Assembly (NCBI GenBank): GCA_018397065.1
Contig: JAGTRI010000004.1
Coordinates: 8,595 to 72,594, forward strand
Direction: 5' to 3'
DNA: 64,000 nt
Origin: Candidatus Bathyarchaeota archaeon
Lineage (GTDB): Archaea > Thermoproteota > Bathyarchaeia > Bathyarchaeales > DTEX01
The position numbers and the translations under genes were made by a program. Below the pieces are notes generated by a model. The model was given only the letters and a program-made list of their open reading frames with translations, was not told the origin of the DNA and did no database searches. Numbering within the stretch: the stretch's first letter is position 1; each line of letters starts with the position of its first letter. Positions 19,810 to 29,046 of the stretch are shown piece by piece.

Positions 19810-20769
19810 TTGTGGCAAGTAAGTGTTAATCAAAGAGCGATGAAACTTGTAAGAAAGTTTTGTGCCAAAGCTGAGACGTACAGAGTAAAGGTAAAGAAGA
19901 GTAAGAAAGGCGCATCGATAATAGACGCTGGATTAGAAGCAAAAGGAAGTATTGAAGCAGGTAGGGTCATAACAGAAATTTGCCTTGGAGGGCTTGGTCA
20001 GGCAAACATTTCTACTACTCAGATTGGTTCAAAAAGTCTTCCTTTAATCTCGGTTTCCACTGACTTTCCAGCAATCTCAACTCTAGGATCTCAAATGGCT
20101 GGGTGGCAAATAAAGTCTAAGGGTTTTCAAGCATTAGGATCTGGTCCCGCTCGTGCTTTGGCTTTAAAACCCAAATCGATTTTTGAACAAATTGATTACA
20201 AGGACGCTTATGACGAGACTGTGATTGTTCTTGAAACTAGCAAAGAACCACCTGAAGATGTCATAGCGAACATTGCTGAATCGTGTCATGTAAATGTAAA
20301 TAAACTCTTTCTTGTTGTTGTTCCAATAACATCTATTTCAGGAATCACTCAAGTTTCAGGAAGAGTGGTTGAGACAGGAATTCATAAACTTGTAAACATC
20401 GGCGTAGATCCAAAATGTATCTTACATGCGAAGGGCTCTGCGCCTATTCTGCCTGTTCATCATGATCCTGTTGAGGCCATGGGAAGATCGAACGATGCAA
20501 TACTTTATGGAGGAGAAACATATATAGTCCTAAATTACGACGACGAGGCAAAACTTAGACAACTAACTGAGAAATCAGTTTCCTCAGCATCAAAGCAATA
20601 TGGACAATCGTTTGCAGAGATTCTTAAGAAAGCAGATTTTGACTTCTATAAAATTGATCCGCAACTTTTTGCCCCTGCTGTGATGACAGTAGAAAACAAA
20701 AGGACGGGCAGAACGTTTTCTGCTGGAAAAATCAATTCAGATGTATTATTGAAAACAATAAGTCTTTAG
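19810..20769 (+). CDS. mch: Methenyltetrahydromethanopterin cyclohydrolase
   Basis: SVNQRA, EICLGGLG, GSQMAGW, GSGPARAL, MGRSNDAILYGG, DFYKIDPQLFAPA. Likely TTG start at 19810. Confidence 0.96.
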   Translation: MWQVSVNQRAMKLVRKFCAKAETYRVKVKKSKKGASIIDAGLEAKGSIEAGRVITEICLGGLGQANISTTQIGSKSLPLISVSTDFPAISTLGSQMAGWQIKSKGFQALGSGPARALALKPKSIFEQIDYKDAYDETVIVLETSKEPPEDVIANIAESCHVNVNKLFLVVVPITSISGITQVSGRVVETGIHKLVNIGVDPKCILHAKGSAPILPVHHDPVEAMGRSNDAILYGGETYIVLNYDDEAKLRQLTEKSVSSASKQYGQSFAEILKKADFDFYKIDPQLFAPAVMTVENKRTGRTFSAGKINSDVLLKTISL

Positions 20770-20816
20770 TGCAGTTAACAGAGATTCTCAGATAAGTCAA
20801 GTTCGCATTTTCATCT

Positions 20817-21425
20817 TCATGATTTGATGAAAAAGCTTTTCATCATCATTGTAAAGCCTTGATTGTTAGCTAGCGTAAGGAGAAGAACGCCTTCTATAAT
20901 CATTTCAACAAACGCCTTTATAAGAATTCCAATAACTATTGGATACAACACGAAGACCGGTGTACCAAAAATCGTTGGGAAAACTGCTAAGAAAATGAAG
21001 ACCGTATAAACCGCCTCTGGAATATAAGAAATTAGAGTCGACGATATGAAATGAAGTTGGTGACGTTTCTTATCTTTAAGTCCCATGGCGGCTATCACAA
21101 TACCTGCAACTATTCCCGTTAACGCTTTACCTAGAGGCAGTGAAAATCCCGTAATTAAGTTTCCCTTTGAAAATCCAAACTCATTTGCAGCAACCAAACC
21201 TCCTATGATCCCTGTTAAGCCGCCGATTGCTGGCCCTCCATAAAGCGCACTGACGAAGGTTGTTATGTGGGAAAGATCTAAAGCTATTGAGACGCTGTAT
21301 GGTCCAAAAGAGACAGTAGGCAAAAATGGTGCGGCTATAATTGAGAGCCATGATATAACATTCCCCAATGTCCCCATAATGCATATAAAGATCCAATCTT
21401 TAGGTGAAATCATTCTAAAACGCAT
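20817..21425 (-). CDS. ECF-type transporter S component (substrate unknown)
   Basis: About 5-6 hydrophobic helices; LDLSHI...ALYGGPAIGGLTGIIGG pattern. Confidence 0.7.
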   Translation of the reverse strand: MRFRMISPKDWIFICIMGTLGNVISWLSIIAAPFLPTVSFGPYSVSIALDLSHITTFVSALYGGPAIGGLTGIIGGLVAANEFGFSKGNLITGFSLPLGKALTGIVAGIVIAAMGLKDKKRHQLHFISSTLISYIPEAVYTVFIFLAVFPTIFGTPVFVLYPIVIGILIKAFVEMIIEGVLLLTLANNQGFTMMMKSFFIKS

Positions 21426-21565
21426 TTAACACACCTTCTATAATGGGTTTCATGAACCAGCTGTTTGATCTGACGGAACTTATGACCACTTATTTAAAGG
21501 TTGCTACTTAAAATTGAGTGACCTTTTTTGTAAAAAGAAAAGTGACCGTTGTTTAGAGGAATAGT

Positions 21566-22606
21566 TTAGCAAATAGCTCTAACTCGTTTTCTTCTTGAGA
21601 GTTTAACTAGCAAATCAAGAGCCTTTTCGTCTTCAATTGGCCTTGTTCGGATAACTTTATTAGAGTTCGCTTTCCAAAATAGTTCCTCAGCTTTTTCTGT
21701 TCGAAGAACAGTTAAAGTCCAACTTTCCAAACCTAGCCCACCTACAGACATGTCAGCTAGCTCAGAAGAGAAGTCTGAACACAGCGCAATGCAGTTTCTG
21801 ACATGTTTCTTCGCCTCTTTTAACTGGATTTCTTTCACATCGCCTGATTTTGTTGTAACGAGAAGTTTTCCCTTTATGTTTATTTTTGCCACGTCCGCTG
21901 CGTTAATCCCAAGTTCACTGTGCAGTAATTGTCTTATCAATCCTTCATAGGTAAAGCATTCGCTGCAGAAAACACCAATTGTTAAGGCAACAGCTTCGGA
22001 GAATTTTTTTAAAGGTAAGGCTTGGATTTTTCTAATTGCTTGTATTTGATCAGGGGTGCCAACGAATGCAAGTTTTTTCTTTTTTTGAATTATACCTTCT
22101 TTTAATGCAATCATGTTTGGTGAATAAGTGTACCTTGTTCCAGCGCAATCCAGTATCTCCTTCGCCGTCGTAGCTAGCTTTGGAACTGCTTTCAATGGTT
22201 CAGTTTCGTTTACACCCGAGAGGACTGCGCCATCAATGTACCCTTCATTTAAAGCATAGATCAATAGTGCAGTAACAACTCCGCCATCTTGACAAACGTT
22301 TCTGATTTTTTGGTCTGTTGTTTGGGCTAAAACTATTTTACGGTAGATACCAAAGTCCTCGTTGCCCATTCTTTCTCTGTTATAAACATTTTTTTCCAGC
22401 TCTGGGATGAACAAATCATATCGCGGGCATACTTGAGCACAGATGCCGCAAGACTTGCATTCTCTTGCTAGAAACGGTTTCTCATCAATATATTCAAGAC
22501 AGTTAAATGGGCATACAACAACGCAAGAAGCACAACCAATACATGATGAAGGTAAAACATGTTTTCCAAGAGTTTCTTCAAAGCTTACTTTTGGAATTTG
22601 AACCAT
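21566..22606 (-). CDS. FrhB/FdhB-family F420-binding subunit with an N-terminal 2[4Fe-4S] ferredoxin domain
   Basis: Two CxxCxxCxxxCP motifs, QDGGVVTALL, AGTRY, IGVFCSE, DFSSELADMSVG. Confidence 0.9.
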   Translation of the reverse strand: MVQIPKVSFEETLGKHVLPSSCIGCASCVVVCPFNCLEYIDEKPFLARECKSCGICAQVCPRYDLFIPELEKNVYNRERMGNEDFGIYRKIVLAQTTDQKIRNVCQDGGVVTALLIYALNEGYIDGAVLSGVNETEPLKAVPKLATTAKEILDCAGTRYTYSPNMIALKEGIIQKKKKLAFVGTPDQIQAIRKIQALPLKKFSEAVALTIGVFCSECFTYEGLIRQLLHSELGINAADVAKINIKGKLLVTTKSGDVKEIQLKEAKKHVRNCIALCSDFSSELADMSVGGLGLESWTLTVLRTEKAEELFWKANSNKVIRTRPIEDEKALDLLVKLSRRKRVRAIC

Positions 22607-22688
22607 TTTTTCACCGTTCTTTGTGGTCTGAAATTATTTTGTTATATGTTAAACTTATATGCCTCTCGACTCTTTAACATAGAATCGG

Positions 22689-23600
22689 ATGAGAAATTTA
22701 TCAAGTTTGTTAAGAGAAGCACATGATGTTGACCATAAAGCCTTTCTAAGGCTAATTTACCAAGTTGACCAGATACTTTCTTCAGAAAAACAGAAAATAC
22801 AGATTGTTGGAAGGCTTGTTTATTTATCTCCAAAAGGAAAGACGATAGTAATTGGCGACATTCATGGCGATCTTGGCAGTCTCGAACAAATACTGAACGA
22901 GATAAGAATATGCGAAGTCCCATTTGGAACAGATGCTTACCTTGTTTTTCTTGGAGACTACGGTGACCGAGGACCTTTTTCTCCTGAGGTTTATTATGTC
23001 ATTTTAAGTTTAAAAAAGATGTTTCCAAAAAACGTAGTTTTACTTCAAGGAAACCACGAAGGTCCACAGGACCTTTTAGCTTCTCCACATGACTTGCCTC
23101 ATCACCTATTTAGGAAATTTGGCACAGAATGGCAAACGATTTACTCGAATCTTAGCTCGCTTTTTAGAAAGTTCTATACAGCTGTACTCGTGAAAGGCAA
23201 GTTCATAATGTTGCATGGCGGAGTTCCAAGCAAGGCGAAAACTCCTGATGACGTTGCATTTGCGTATAAAAAACACCCAGCTGAGACCCATCTCGAAGAA
23301 ATATTATGGAGCGACCCAGCAGAAGACATTAAAGGCACTTGTTTTTCACCTCGGGGCGCAGGGTACCTATTTGGTGAAGATATAACAGACATGTTTCTTA
23401 GAATTGTGGATGCTAAATGTGTGATCAGAGGCCATGAACCAGCAGATGAAGGATATAAGGTCAACCATATGGGAAAGGTGACAACAATTTTTTCAAGAAA
23501 AGGTCCACCATATTATAATAATAAGGCAGCCTACGCTGTTGTTGACAGAAGCAAGGTAGATTCGGCATCTTATATTTCATCATGTATTGAGCAATTCTAA
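22689..23600 (+). CDS. PPP-family Ser/Thr protein phosphatase
   Basis: GDIHG, GDYGDRG, GNHE, HGG, LWSDP, SPRGAG and IRGHE. Confidence 0.9.
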   Translation: MRNLSSLLREAHDVDHKAFLRLIYQVDQILSSEKQKIQIVGRLVYLSPKGKTIVIGDIHGDLGSLEQILNEIRICEVPFGTDAYLVFLGDYGDRGPFSPEVYYVILSLKKMFPKNVVLLQGNHEGPQDLLASPHDLPHHLFRKFGTEWQTIYSNLSSLFRKFYTAVLVKGKFIMLHGGVPSKAKTPDDVAFAYKKHPAETHLEEILWSDPAEDIKGTCFSPRGAGYLFGEDITDMFLRIVDAKCVIRGHEPADEGYKVNHMGKVTTIFSRKGPPYYNNKAAYAVVDRSKVDSASYISSCIEQF

Positions 23601-23757
23601 GAAGTTTATTTTAAAAGGCATTGAGAAAATAGGTAATAAAGATTCTAGAATCCATAAACTGTCTTGATCTTCTATCTTTCTGGAATGTTTCAAAAATATG
23701 GACACAGGATTCATATTCTTTAAAAAGTAATATTAATCACCTCAATTAACAAAGAAC

Positions 23758-24009
23758 TTGATGGTTGGAACATCGTTGGGACAGATGATGGCTTTGAAAG
23801 TTGATCTGAAATCCATAGAAGGCGAAGGTGATTTTCCATGTCCGTCATGTGGAACTATTATCTCTCCTGACGATGAATCGGAAAAAACCTACAAAATAAT
23901 GGATATAGAAACGTTTGATGATGGCTCCCTCAAGACTTTAACAATAATCTGTAAGAAATGCCGTAAAACCATAATTTTAGAAGGTTTTGAACTGCTAAAA
24001 AATGAGTGA
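23758..24009 (+). CDS. Small Zn-ribbon protein
   Basis: CPSCG and CKKC motifs; GEGDFPCP pattern. Confidence 0.7.
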   Translation: MMVGTSLGQMMALKVDLKSIEGEGDFPCPSCGTIISPDDESEKTYKIMDIETFDDGSLKTLTIICKKCRKTIILEGFELLKNE

Positions 24010-24066
24010 GCCTGGTTATCCGCAAAAGTTTGTAGTCAACTTTGAGAGAAAGATTTTTCTTTTGAT

Positions 24067-25068
24067 TTGCCATCCTATGTTGCGGTGGCCAAGCTGCAAT
24101 TATATGGAATTTTCTCATCCGTAATAGGCAGTTTCCCCTTGGATGACTCTGAATCGAACAGAGAAAAGTGCATAGAAGATCAGTTAAAATTAGGGTTGGA
24201 TTTCCCATCTTATCCTCAATTGACTGAGATGGGTCCACAGTTTTTAGGTGAAATCGTGAAATATGGTAGCGGAATTCAGTTAGAAAAAACTCGGTACAAA
24301 ATGAGCAGTAAAAAAATTGAGTATGAAGGTCCTCCTATAGGCTTAGAACCCTTTTTTTGGACAAAAAAATATCTTCAAAACAAGGGTTTGGCAGAGACGG
24401 TTCATTTAAAAGTTCCTATTACAGGGCCTTTTACCCTTGCCTCTTATATTGAAATTAAAACAGGAGTTTTCCCTTTTAACTCTGCAGCTGCCGATTTGGA
24501 TATTGTAAGGCAGGTTGCTGATATATTGGCAAAAAGCTGTGAAGAAGCTTCAAAGAATGCCAACATGATTTCAATCGATGAACCCATCTTAAGTGTGCTG
24601 GTAGGAACAAGAACTACCTTTGGTTACAAAGAAGAAGACATAATAAATGTACTTAATGCTTTTAAAGAGTCCTGTAAAGGCAGAATTGTGGGAACACACA
24701 TTTGTGGCAGAATTTCTCCTAAACTGGTAGACATTCTTCTTGATACTGAATTTGATTATCTTAGTCACGAATTTTGCGATATACCTCAGAATATGAAAGT
24801 GTATTCTCCAGAAAAAGTGAAGAAAAAAGAAAAAACACTATCCGTTGGCTGCGTGTCAACTAAAAATCCAAGAATCGAAAGCGTAGATGAAATTTTGGGA
24901 GTAATGAAACAGTTCAGAGAATATAGTGATTCGGTGATTTTCACTCCGGACTGTGGTTTTCGTAAGCTCTTAGTAGGTAACTTAACTAAAGATGAAGCTT
25001 ATGAGATTTCTTTACGTAAAATCAGAAACATGGTTGAGGCTTTAGGGAAATTTAGGGCATCTTTCTGA
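24067..25068 (+). CDS. Cobalamin-independent methionine synthase catalytic-domain (MetE-C/URO-D superfamily) protein
   Basis: IGSFP, ITGPFTLA, IDEP, and Zn ligands HICG, HE and TPDCGF. Confidence 0.8.
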   Translation: MPSYVAVAKLQLYGIFSSVIGSFPLDDSESNREKCIEDQLKLGLDFPSYPQLTEMGPQFLGEIVKYGSGIQLEKTRYKMSSKKIEYEGPPIGLEPFFWTKKYLQNKGLAETVHLKVPITGPFTLASYIEIKTGVFPFNSAAADLDIVRQVADILAKSCEEASKNANMISIDEPILSVLVGTRTTFGYKEEDIINVLNAFKESCKGRIVGTHICGRISPKLVDILLDTEFDYLSHEFCDIPQNMKVYSPEKVKKKEKTLSVGCVSTKNPRIESVDEILGVMKQFREYSDSVIFTPDCGFRKLLVGNLTKDEAYEISLRKIRNMVEALGKFRASF

Positions 25069-26296
25069 CAGAGTTATTAGTTGTCTTCTCCAACAGACCA
25101 GATTCCCTAAGGATTCGGCGGAATTCCTCATCTCTTAGAGAGGCTTTTCTTCCACCAGAGTAGATTGCTTTAATCTTTTGTAAAACGTCAAGAACTGCTT
25201 CGTTACTAGGCGTTTTTCCAGTTATTTCTTCAATCATATACTTGACTATGGCTTTACCAGACTGTTTGCCGATAGTCAAGCGCCGTTTGTTTCCAACAAG
25301 CTCCGGAGGATACGGCTCATACGTTAAGGCGTTACTGAGAACCCCATGGGTGTGAATGCCAGATTCATGAGCAAAAGCGTAATCTCCGACAATAGCTTTG
25401 TTTGGAGGGACAACATAACCAGTGGCTTTCCCGATGAGATCAGCAGTTTCCTTAAGTTTACTAATTTTATATCCAAACTTTTTTATGCCATGATGCATCA
25501 GAAGGTTCATTATGACTTTTTCAGTTTCTGCGTTTCCAGCTCTTTCGCCGATGCCTAGAAAAGTGGTGCTGGCATAGATTTTTGGCCAGACTCCAGACGC
25601 TGCTCTGATAGCGGCTAGTGTGTTTTCAACAGCGTTACCGAAATCGTCGTGAGCATGAATCTCGACGTTTTCTATCTTGGTTTCAGCTTTTATGGCTTTT
25701 ATCTTCGCTGGAATTCCGATTGGTAGAGGAGCGTCTAAGGAGGATAGTCCAATGCCTACTGTATCACATATTCTATAGCATTTCGCTCCTGCATCTGCCA
25801 CCGCGTTGATAAACCTTTTTTCGAAGTTCCAGTCTGCTCTTGTGCTATCCTCACCATGGACGAAAACCCTCAGTCCGTGATCTTTCGCTGCGTACTCGAC
25901 GACTTCAACAACTCGATCGATGAGTTCTTCAGGTGTCTTTTCCGGCCATTTAGCCTTAAAGTGTATAAAAGAGACAGGATGTGAAATTCCTATGTCATCG
26001 AATCCGCAGTCAAGAGCGTTATCTACGTCTTCCTTTACTGCCCTGCACCACCCGGCTATACTGGCTTTTAGACCCATTTTATGTATGAGTTTCGCTGCTT
26101 GTTTGTCGGGTTTTTGGAAATGGTGCAATTCGATTCTTTCAACTCCAATTTCGTCTAATAGCTTCGCAATTTTGGCAGCGTCAGTTGGAGTAACTGCTAA
26201 GCCTGGCATTTGAACTCCGTCTCTTAATGTTGTGTCATCAATTATTGGATCCGTGTGTAACGGTAAAAAGCTGAATCCAAACTTTTCAAAGTTCAC
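25052..26296 (-). CDS. DRE-TIM acetyl-CoA condensing enzyme (IPMS/homocitrate synthase family; Re-citrate synthase-like)
   Basis: DDTTLRDGVQ, HAHDD, GIGERAGNA, AFAHESGIH; no C-terminal IPMS regulatory domain. Confidence 0.85.
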   Translation of the reverse strand: MNFEKFGFSFLPLHTDPIIDDTTLRDGVQMPGLAVTPTDAAKIAKLLDEIGVERIELHHFQKPDKQAAKLIHKMGLKASIAGWCRAVKEDVDNALDCGFDDIGISHPVSFIHFKAKWPEKTPEELIDRVVEVVEYAAKDHGLRVFVHGEDSTRADWNFEKRFINAVADAGAKCYRICDTVGIGLSSLDAPLPIGIPAKIKAIKAETKIENVEIHAHDDFGNAVENTLAAIRAASGVWPKIYASTTFLGIGERAGNAETEKVIMNLLMHHGIKKFGYKISKLKETADLIGKATGYVVPPNKAIVGDYAFAHESGIHTHGVLSNALTYEPYPPELVGNKRRLTIGKQSGKAIVKYMIEEITGKTPSNEAVLDVLQKIKAIYSGGRKASLRDEEFRRILRESGLLEKTTNNSVRKMP

Positions 26297-26345
26297 GCTG
26301 TAAACACCGGCCGTTTCTGTAAAACTTTTTTTTAAAAAAATGGGA

Positions 26346-26624
26346 TCACTGTGAGTTTAGAGATGCTGGATGAAAGATTGAAATTAAAGTTTCAGTGTGT
26401 ACGACGTTTGGATGTTGCTCCACCATTTCGTAGATTATCTTGCCAAGCTCCTCTAAACTTTCTGCTTCAACCACCACGACTGCATCGAACCTGCCTAGGA
26501 CAGAATTAGCCATTTTTACACCTTTAATCCTTCTTGATTTCACGATTTCTTCTGAAGTCCCAGGCTTTACCGTAACCATTACGAACGCTCTTAAGGCTTT
26601 GCTGCGCAAATCTTTGGAAGGCAT
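26346..26624 (-). CDS. Stand-alone Lrp/AsnC ligand-binding (RAM) domain protein
   Basis: RAFVMVTVKPG...VLGRFDAVVVVEA...VVHTETLI; no HTH. ATG 26624 follows AGGTGA. Confidence 0.85.
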   Translation of the reverse strand: MPSKDLRSKALRAFVMVTVKPGTSEEIVKSRRIKGVKMANSVLGRFDAVVVVEAESLEELGKIIYEMVEQHPNVVHTETLISIFHPASLNSQ

Positions 26625-26677
26625 TTTTTTCACCTAATCTTTGTTGTTTGTTTATTAACAGTTTTTCATAATGGATT

Positions 26678-26905
26678 CTACAGTACCAAAGAGGTTTCGG
26701 TGTGTACAATGTTAGGGTCTTTTTCGATCACTTTGTAGAGGATTTCGTTTACGCTTTCAAGGTTTGGCGCCTCAATGATTACTACTGCATCGTATCTTCC
26801 ATATATCGCGTCTGCTTGAACAACCTCTTTCACTTTGCTTTTTATTCTCTTAACAACCTCCAAGGATGTTGCAGGTTTCGTTTCAATAAACACATATGCT
26901 CTCAT
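26678..26905 (-). CDS. Stand-alone Lrp/AsnC ligand-binding (RAM) domain protein
   Basis: RAYVFIETKP...IYGRYDAVVIIEA...IVHTETSLV. ATG 26905 follows GGTGGTGA. Confidence 0.85.
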   Translation of the reverse strand: MRAYVFIETKPATSLEVVKRIKSKVKEVVQADAIYGRYDAVVIIEAPNLESVNEILYKVIEKDPNIVHTETSLVL

Positions 26906-26924
26906 TTTTTCACCACCTTCATTT

Positions 26925-28409
26925 TTAATAATCAATATATTTCATTATTTCCCAGGGCGTTACATAGAGACAGTATTGGTTCCAATCGTTTGTCTTATAT
27001 TCTATGAAAGCATCAAAGATATGACTTCCAAGTGTTTGATGGATCACTTCATCACTTTTCATCTCATCCAAAGCGTCTTTCAACGTTGTTGGTAGTTCTT
27101 TTATCCCAAGTGCTTTTCGTCTTTCAGGAGATAGCTTATAGACATCCTCGTCAACAGGATCTCCAGGATCAATTTTTTTCTTAATGCCATCAAGCCCAGC
27201 TTTTAGAAGACAAGAGAAAGCCAGATATGGGTTACACGATGGATCTACACCTCGATATTCAACTCTTTTCTGAGAGGCATGTTCTGTTCCCTTGTAATAG
27301 AGAGGTATACGTGCCAGTGCGGATCTATTGCGCCGAGACCACATGATGTATATTGGAGCTTCAAACCCCGGAACAAGCCGTTTATAAGAGCTTATCGTTG
27401 GACAACACACTGCAGTTAAAGCCTTAGCGTGCTCTAATAAGCCGCCTACAAAATATCTTCCTGTTTGGCTGAGCTCTGCATATTCATCGTTCTCGTCGTA
27501 CATCACATTCGTTTTGCCCTTCCATATAGAGGCGTGAACATGCATTCCACTGGCGTTATCTAGATAAACTGGTTTAGGCATAAATGTCGCTATTAACCCA
27601 TATTTTTTGGCTACATTCTTGGCTACAAACTTGTAATATAGAGCTTTATCCGCTGTGTCGAGTAGTGGTCCAAAACGAAAATCAATCTCAATCTGACCGG
27701 CTGTAGCTACCTCGTGATGATGTTTTTCAATCTTAAAGCCAAAGTAATCCTCAAGTATTGATGAAACTTCATTGCGGTACTCAATAGTTGTGTCCTCTGG
27801 AGGAGGTCTATAATATGCTTCTTTTGGTCTAAGAGTATAGCTTCCAGCAGAGATTTCGGGTGACTGTGGAACAACCCTTGGGGCTCCCCAAGAGTCGCCT
27901 TCTCCTCCTTTAGGGCTGACCCATAGATCCCAAACCAATTTAGTTGGGTCAATTGAAGAAAAAATGAAATATTCTAGCTCAGGAGCGAAATAACCTTTGT
28001 ATCCCATTTCTTCTGCGGATTTTATGGCTCTTTTTGCAACATAGCCCCTTGGGTCTACTTCAGATGGTTCGTTTCCTCCATAAGCTTCGTAAACATCACC
28101 TAGAACAATAGCACTTTTCTGATTTTTTTCTTGGGTCCATGGTATTATAGCGAGTGTTCCTGGATCTGGCATGAAGATCATATCTGATTCTTCGATAGAT
28201 TTGAAGCCTCTGATTGAAGAGCCATCGAAGCCTATTCCTGAGATGAAGGCTGATCCTTCAATATAATCTCTTGCTGGTATAATCATGTCTTGCATTAGTC
28301 CACGAATGTCTATGAAGGTTGAATGAACCCATCTCACTTCATTTGTTCTTAAGGTTTCAATAGCTTTCTTTGTTTTTTCACCACTTTCCATACCGTTCAC
28401 CAATTTCAT
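26925..28409 (-). CDS. glnA: Glutamine synthetase type I
   Basis: FDGSSIRGF, ESDM, PELEYF, HHEVATAGQ, FMPKP, NASGMHVH, KRLVPGFEAP, RNRSA, NPYLAF. Confidence 0.97.
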   Translation of the reverse strand: MKLVNGMESGEKTKKAIETLRTNEVRWVHSTFIDIRGLMQDMIIPARDYIEGSAFISGIGFDGSSIRGFKSIEESDMIFMPDPGTLAIIPWTQEKNQKSAIVLGDVYEAYGGNEPSEVDPRGYVAKRAIKSAEEMGYKGYFAPELEYFIFSSIDPTKLVWDLWVSPKGGEGDSWGAPRVVPQSPEISAGSYTLRPKEAYYRPPPEDTTIEYRNEVSSILEDYFGFKIEKHHHEVATAGQIEIDFRFGPLLDTADKALYYKFVAKNVAKKYGLIATFMPKPVYLDNASGMHVHASIWKGKTNVMYDENDEYAELSQTGRYFVGGLLEHAKALTAVCCPTISSYKRLVPGFEAPIYIMWSRRNRSALARIPLYYKGTEHASQKRVEYRGVDPSCNPYLAFSCLLKAGLDGIKKKIDPGDPVDEDVYKLSPERRKALGIKELPTTLKDALDEMKSDEVIHQTLGSHIFDAFIEYKTNDWNQYCLYVTPWEIMKYIDY

Positions 28410-28541
28410 TTAACAGGATTGATTTTCATTACATATTTATATATAAGTATTTCGTTTTATTCTAGAAAAAGTTTAAATAATTGCTTCAATATTGAACAAA
28501 TATTCAGCAGTCAATTAACATTCAATTTGGGGAAGAAAGTT
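28410..28541. promoter_or_regulatory. Divergent promoter region glnA / lrp with candidate operators
   Basis: TATA-like TTTATATATAA and TTTAAATA; perfect palindrome TTCAATATTGAA (28485-28496); TGAA-N6-TTCA (28493-28506); ATTGATTTTCAT (28418-28429). Confidence 0.55.
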
Positions 28542-29009
28542 ATGGAACAGAAATCGTTGGGGAAGTTAGATCGTATAGATCTTCAAATCCTTACATTACT
28601 TCAAGAGGATTCAAGATTAAGTTTTGGCAAAATAGCAAGTATACTTGGGGTTTCTGCTGGAACAGCTTATAACCGTATCAAAAATCTTGAAGACAAAGGA
28701 ATACTGAGAGGTTATACTGTATTAGTTGATCCTTCTATGCTTGGGTATGCAACAATCGCCCTTATATTGGTCCAAGCTGAAGGAACACACATTTTAGATG
28801 TAGAGAACGAGATTGCAAAAATCGATAATGTTGTTTCTGTATACGATATTACTGGGGATTTCGATATTGCTGTGATTGCCCGTTTCAAATATAGAGAAGA
28901 TTTAAACACCTTTGTGAAGAAACTGTTAACTTCGCCTTATGTAAAGAGAACCGTCACAAACATTGTTTTGAACGTCATTAAGGAAGACTTTAGACTAAAG
29001 ATCTCTTAA
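28542..29009 (+). CDS. Lrp/AsnC family transcriptional regulator
   Basis: LDRIDLQILTLLQEDSRLSFGKIASILGVS HTH and VYDITGDFD ligand domain. Likely start is ATG 28542. Confidence 0.95.
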   Translation: MEQKSLGKLDRIDLQILTLLQEDSRLSFGKIASILGVSAGTAYNRIKNLEDKGILRGYTVLVDPSMLGYATIALILVQAEGTHILDVENEIAKIDNVVSVYDITGDFDIAVIARFKYREDLNTFVKKLLTSPYVKRTVTNIVLNVIKEDFRLKIS

Positions 29010-29046
29010 CTAAGGCTGTCACGGGTCTCAAAATAGAGGTTCGACT

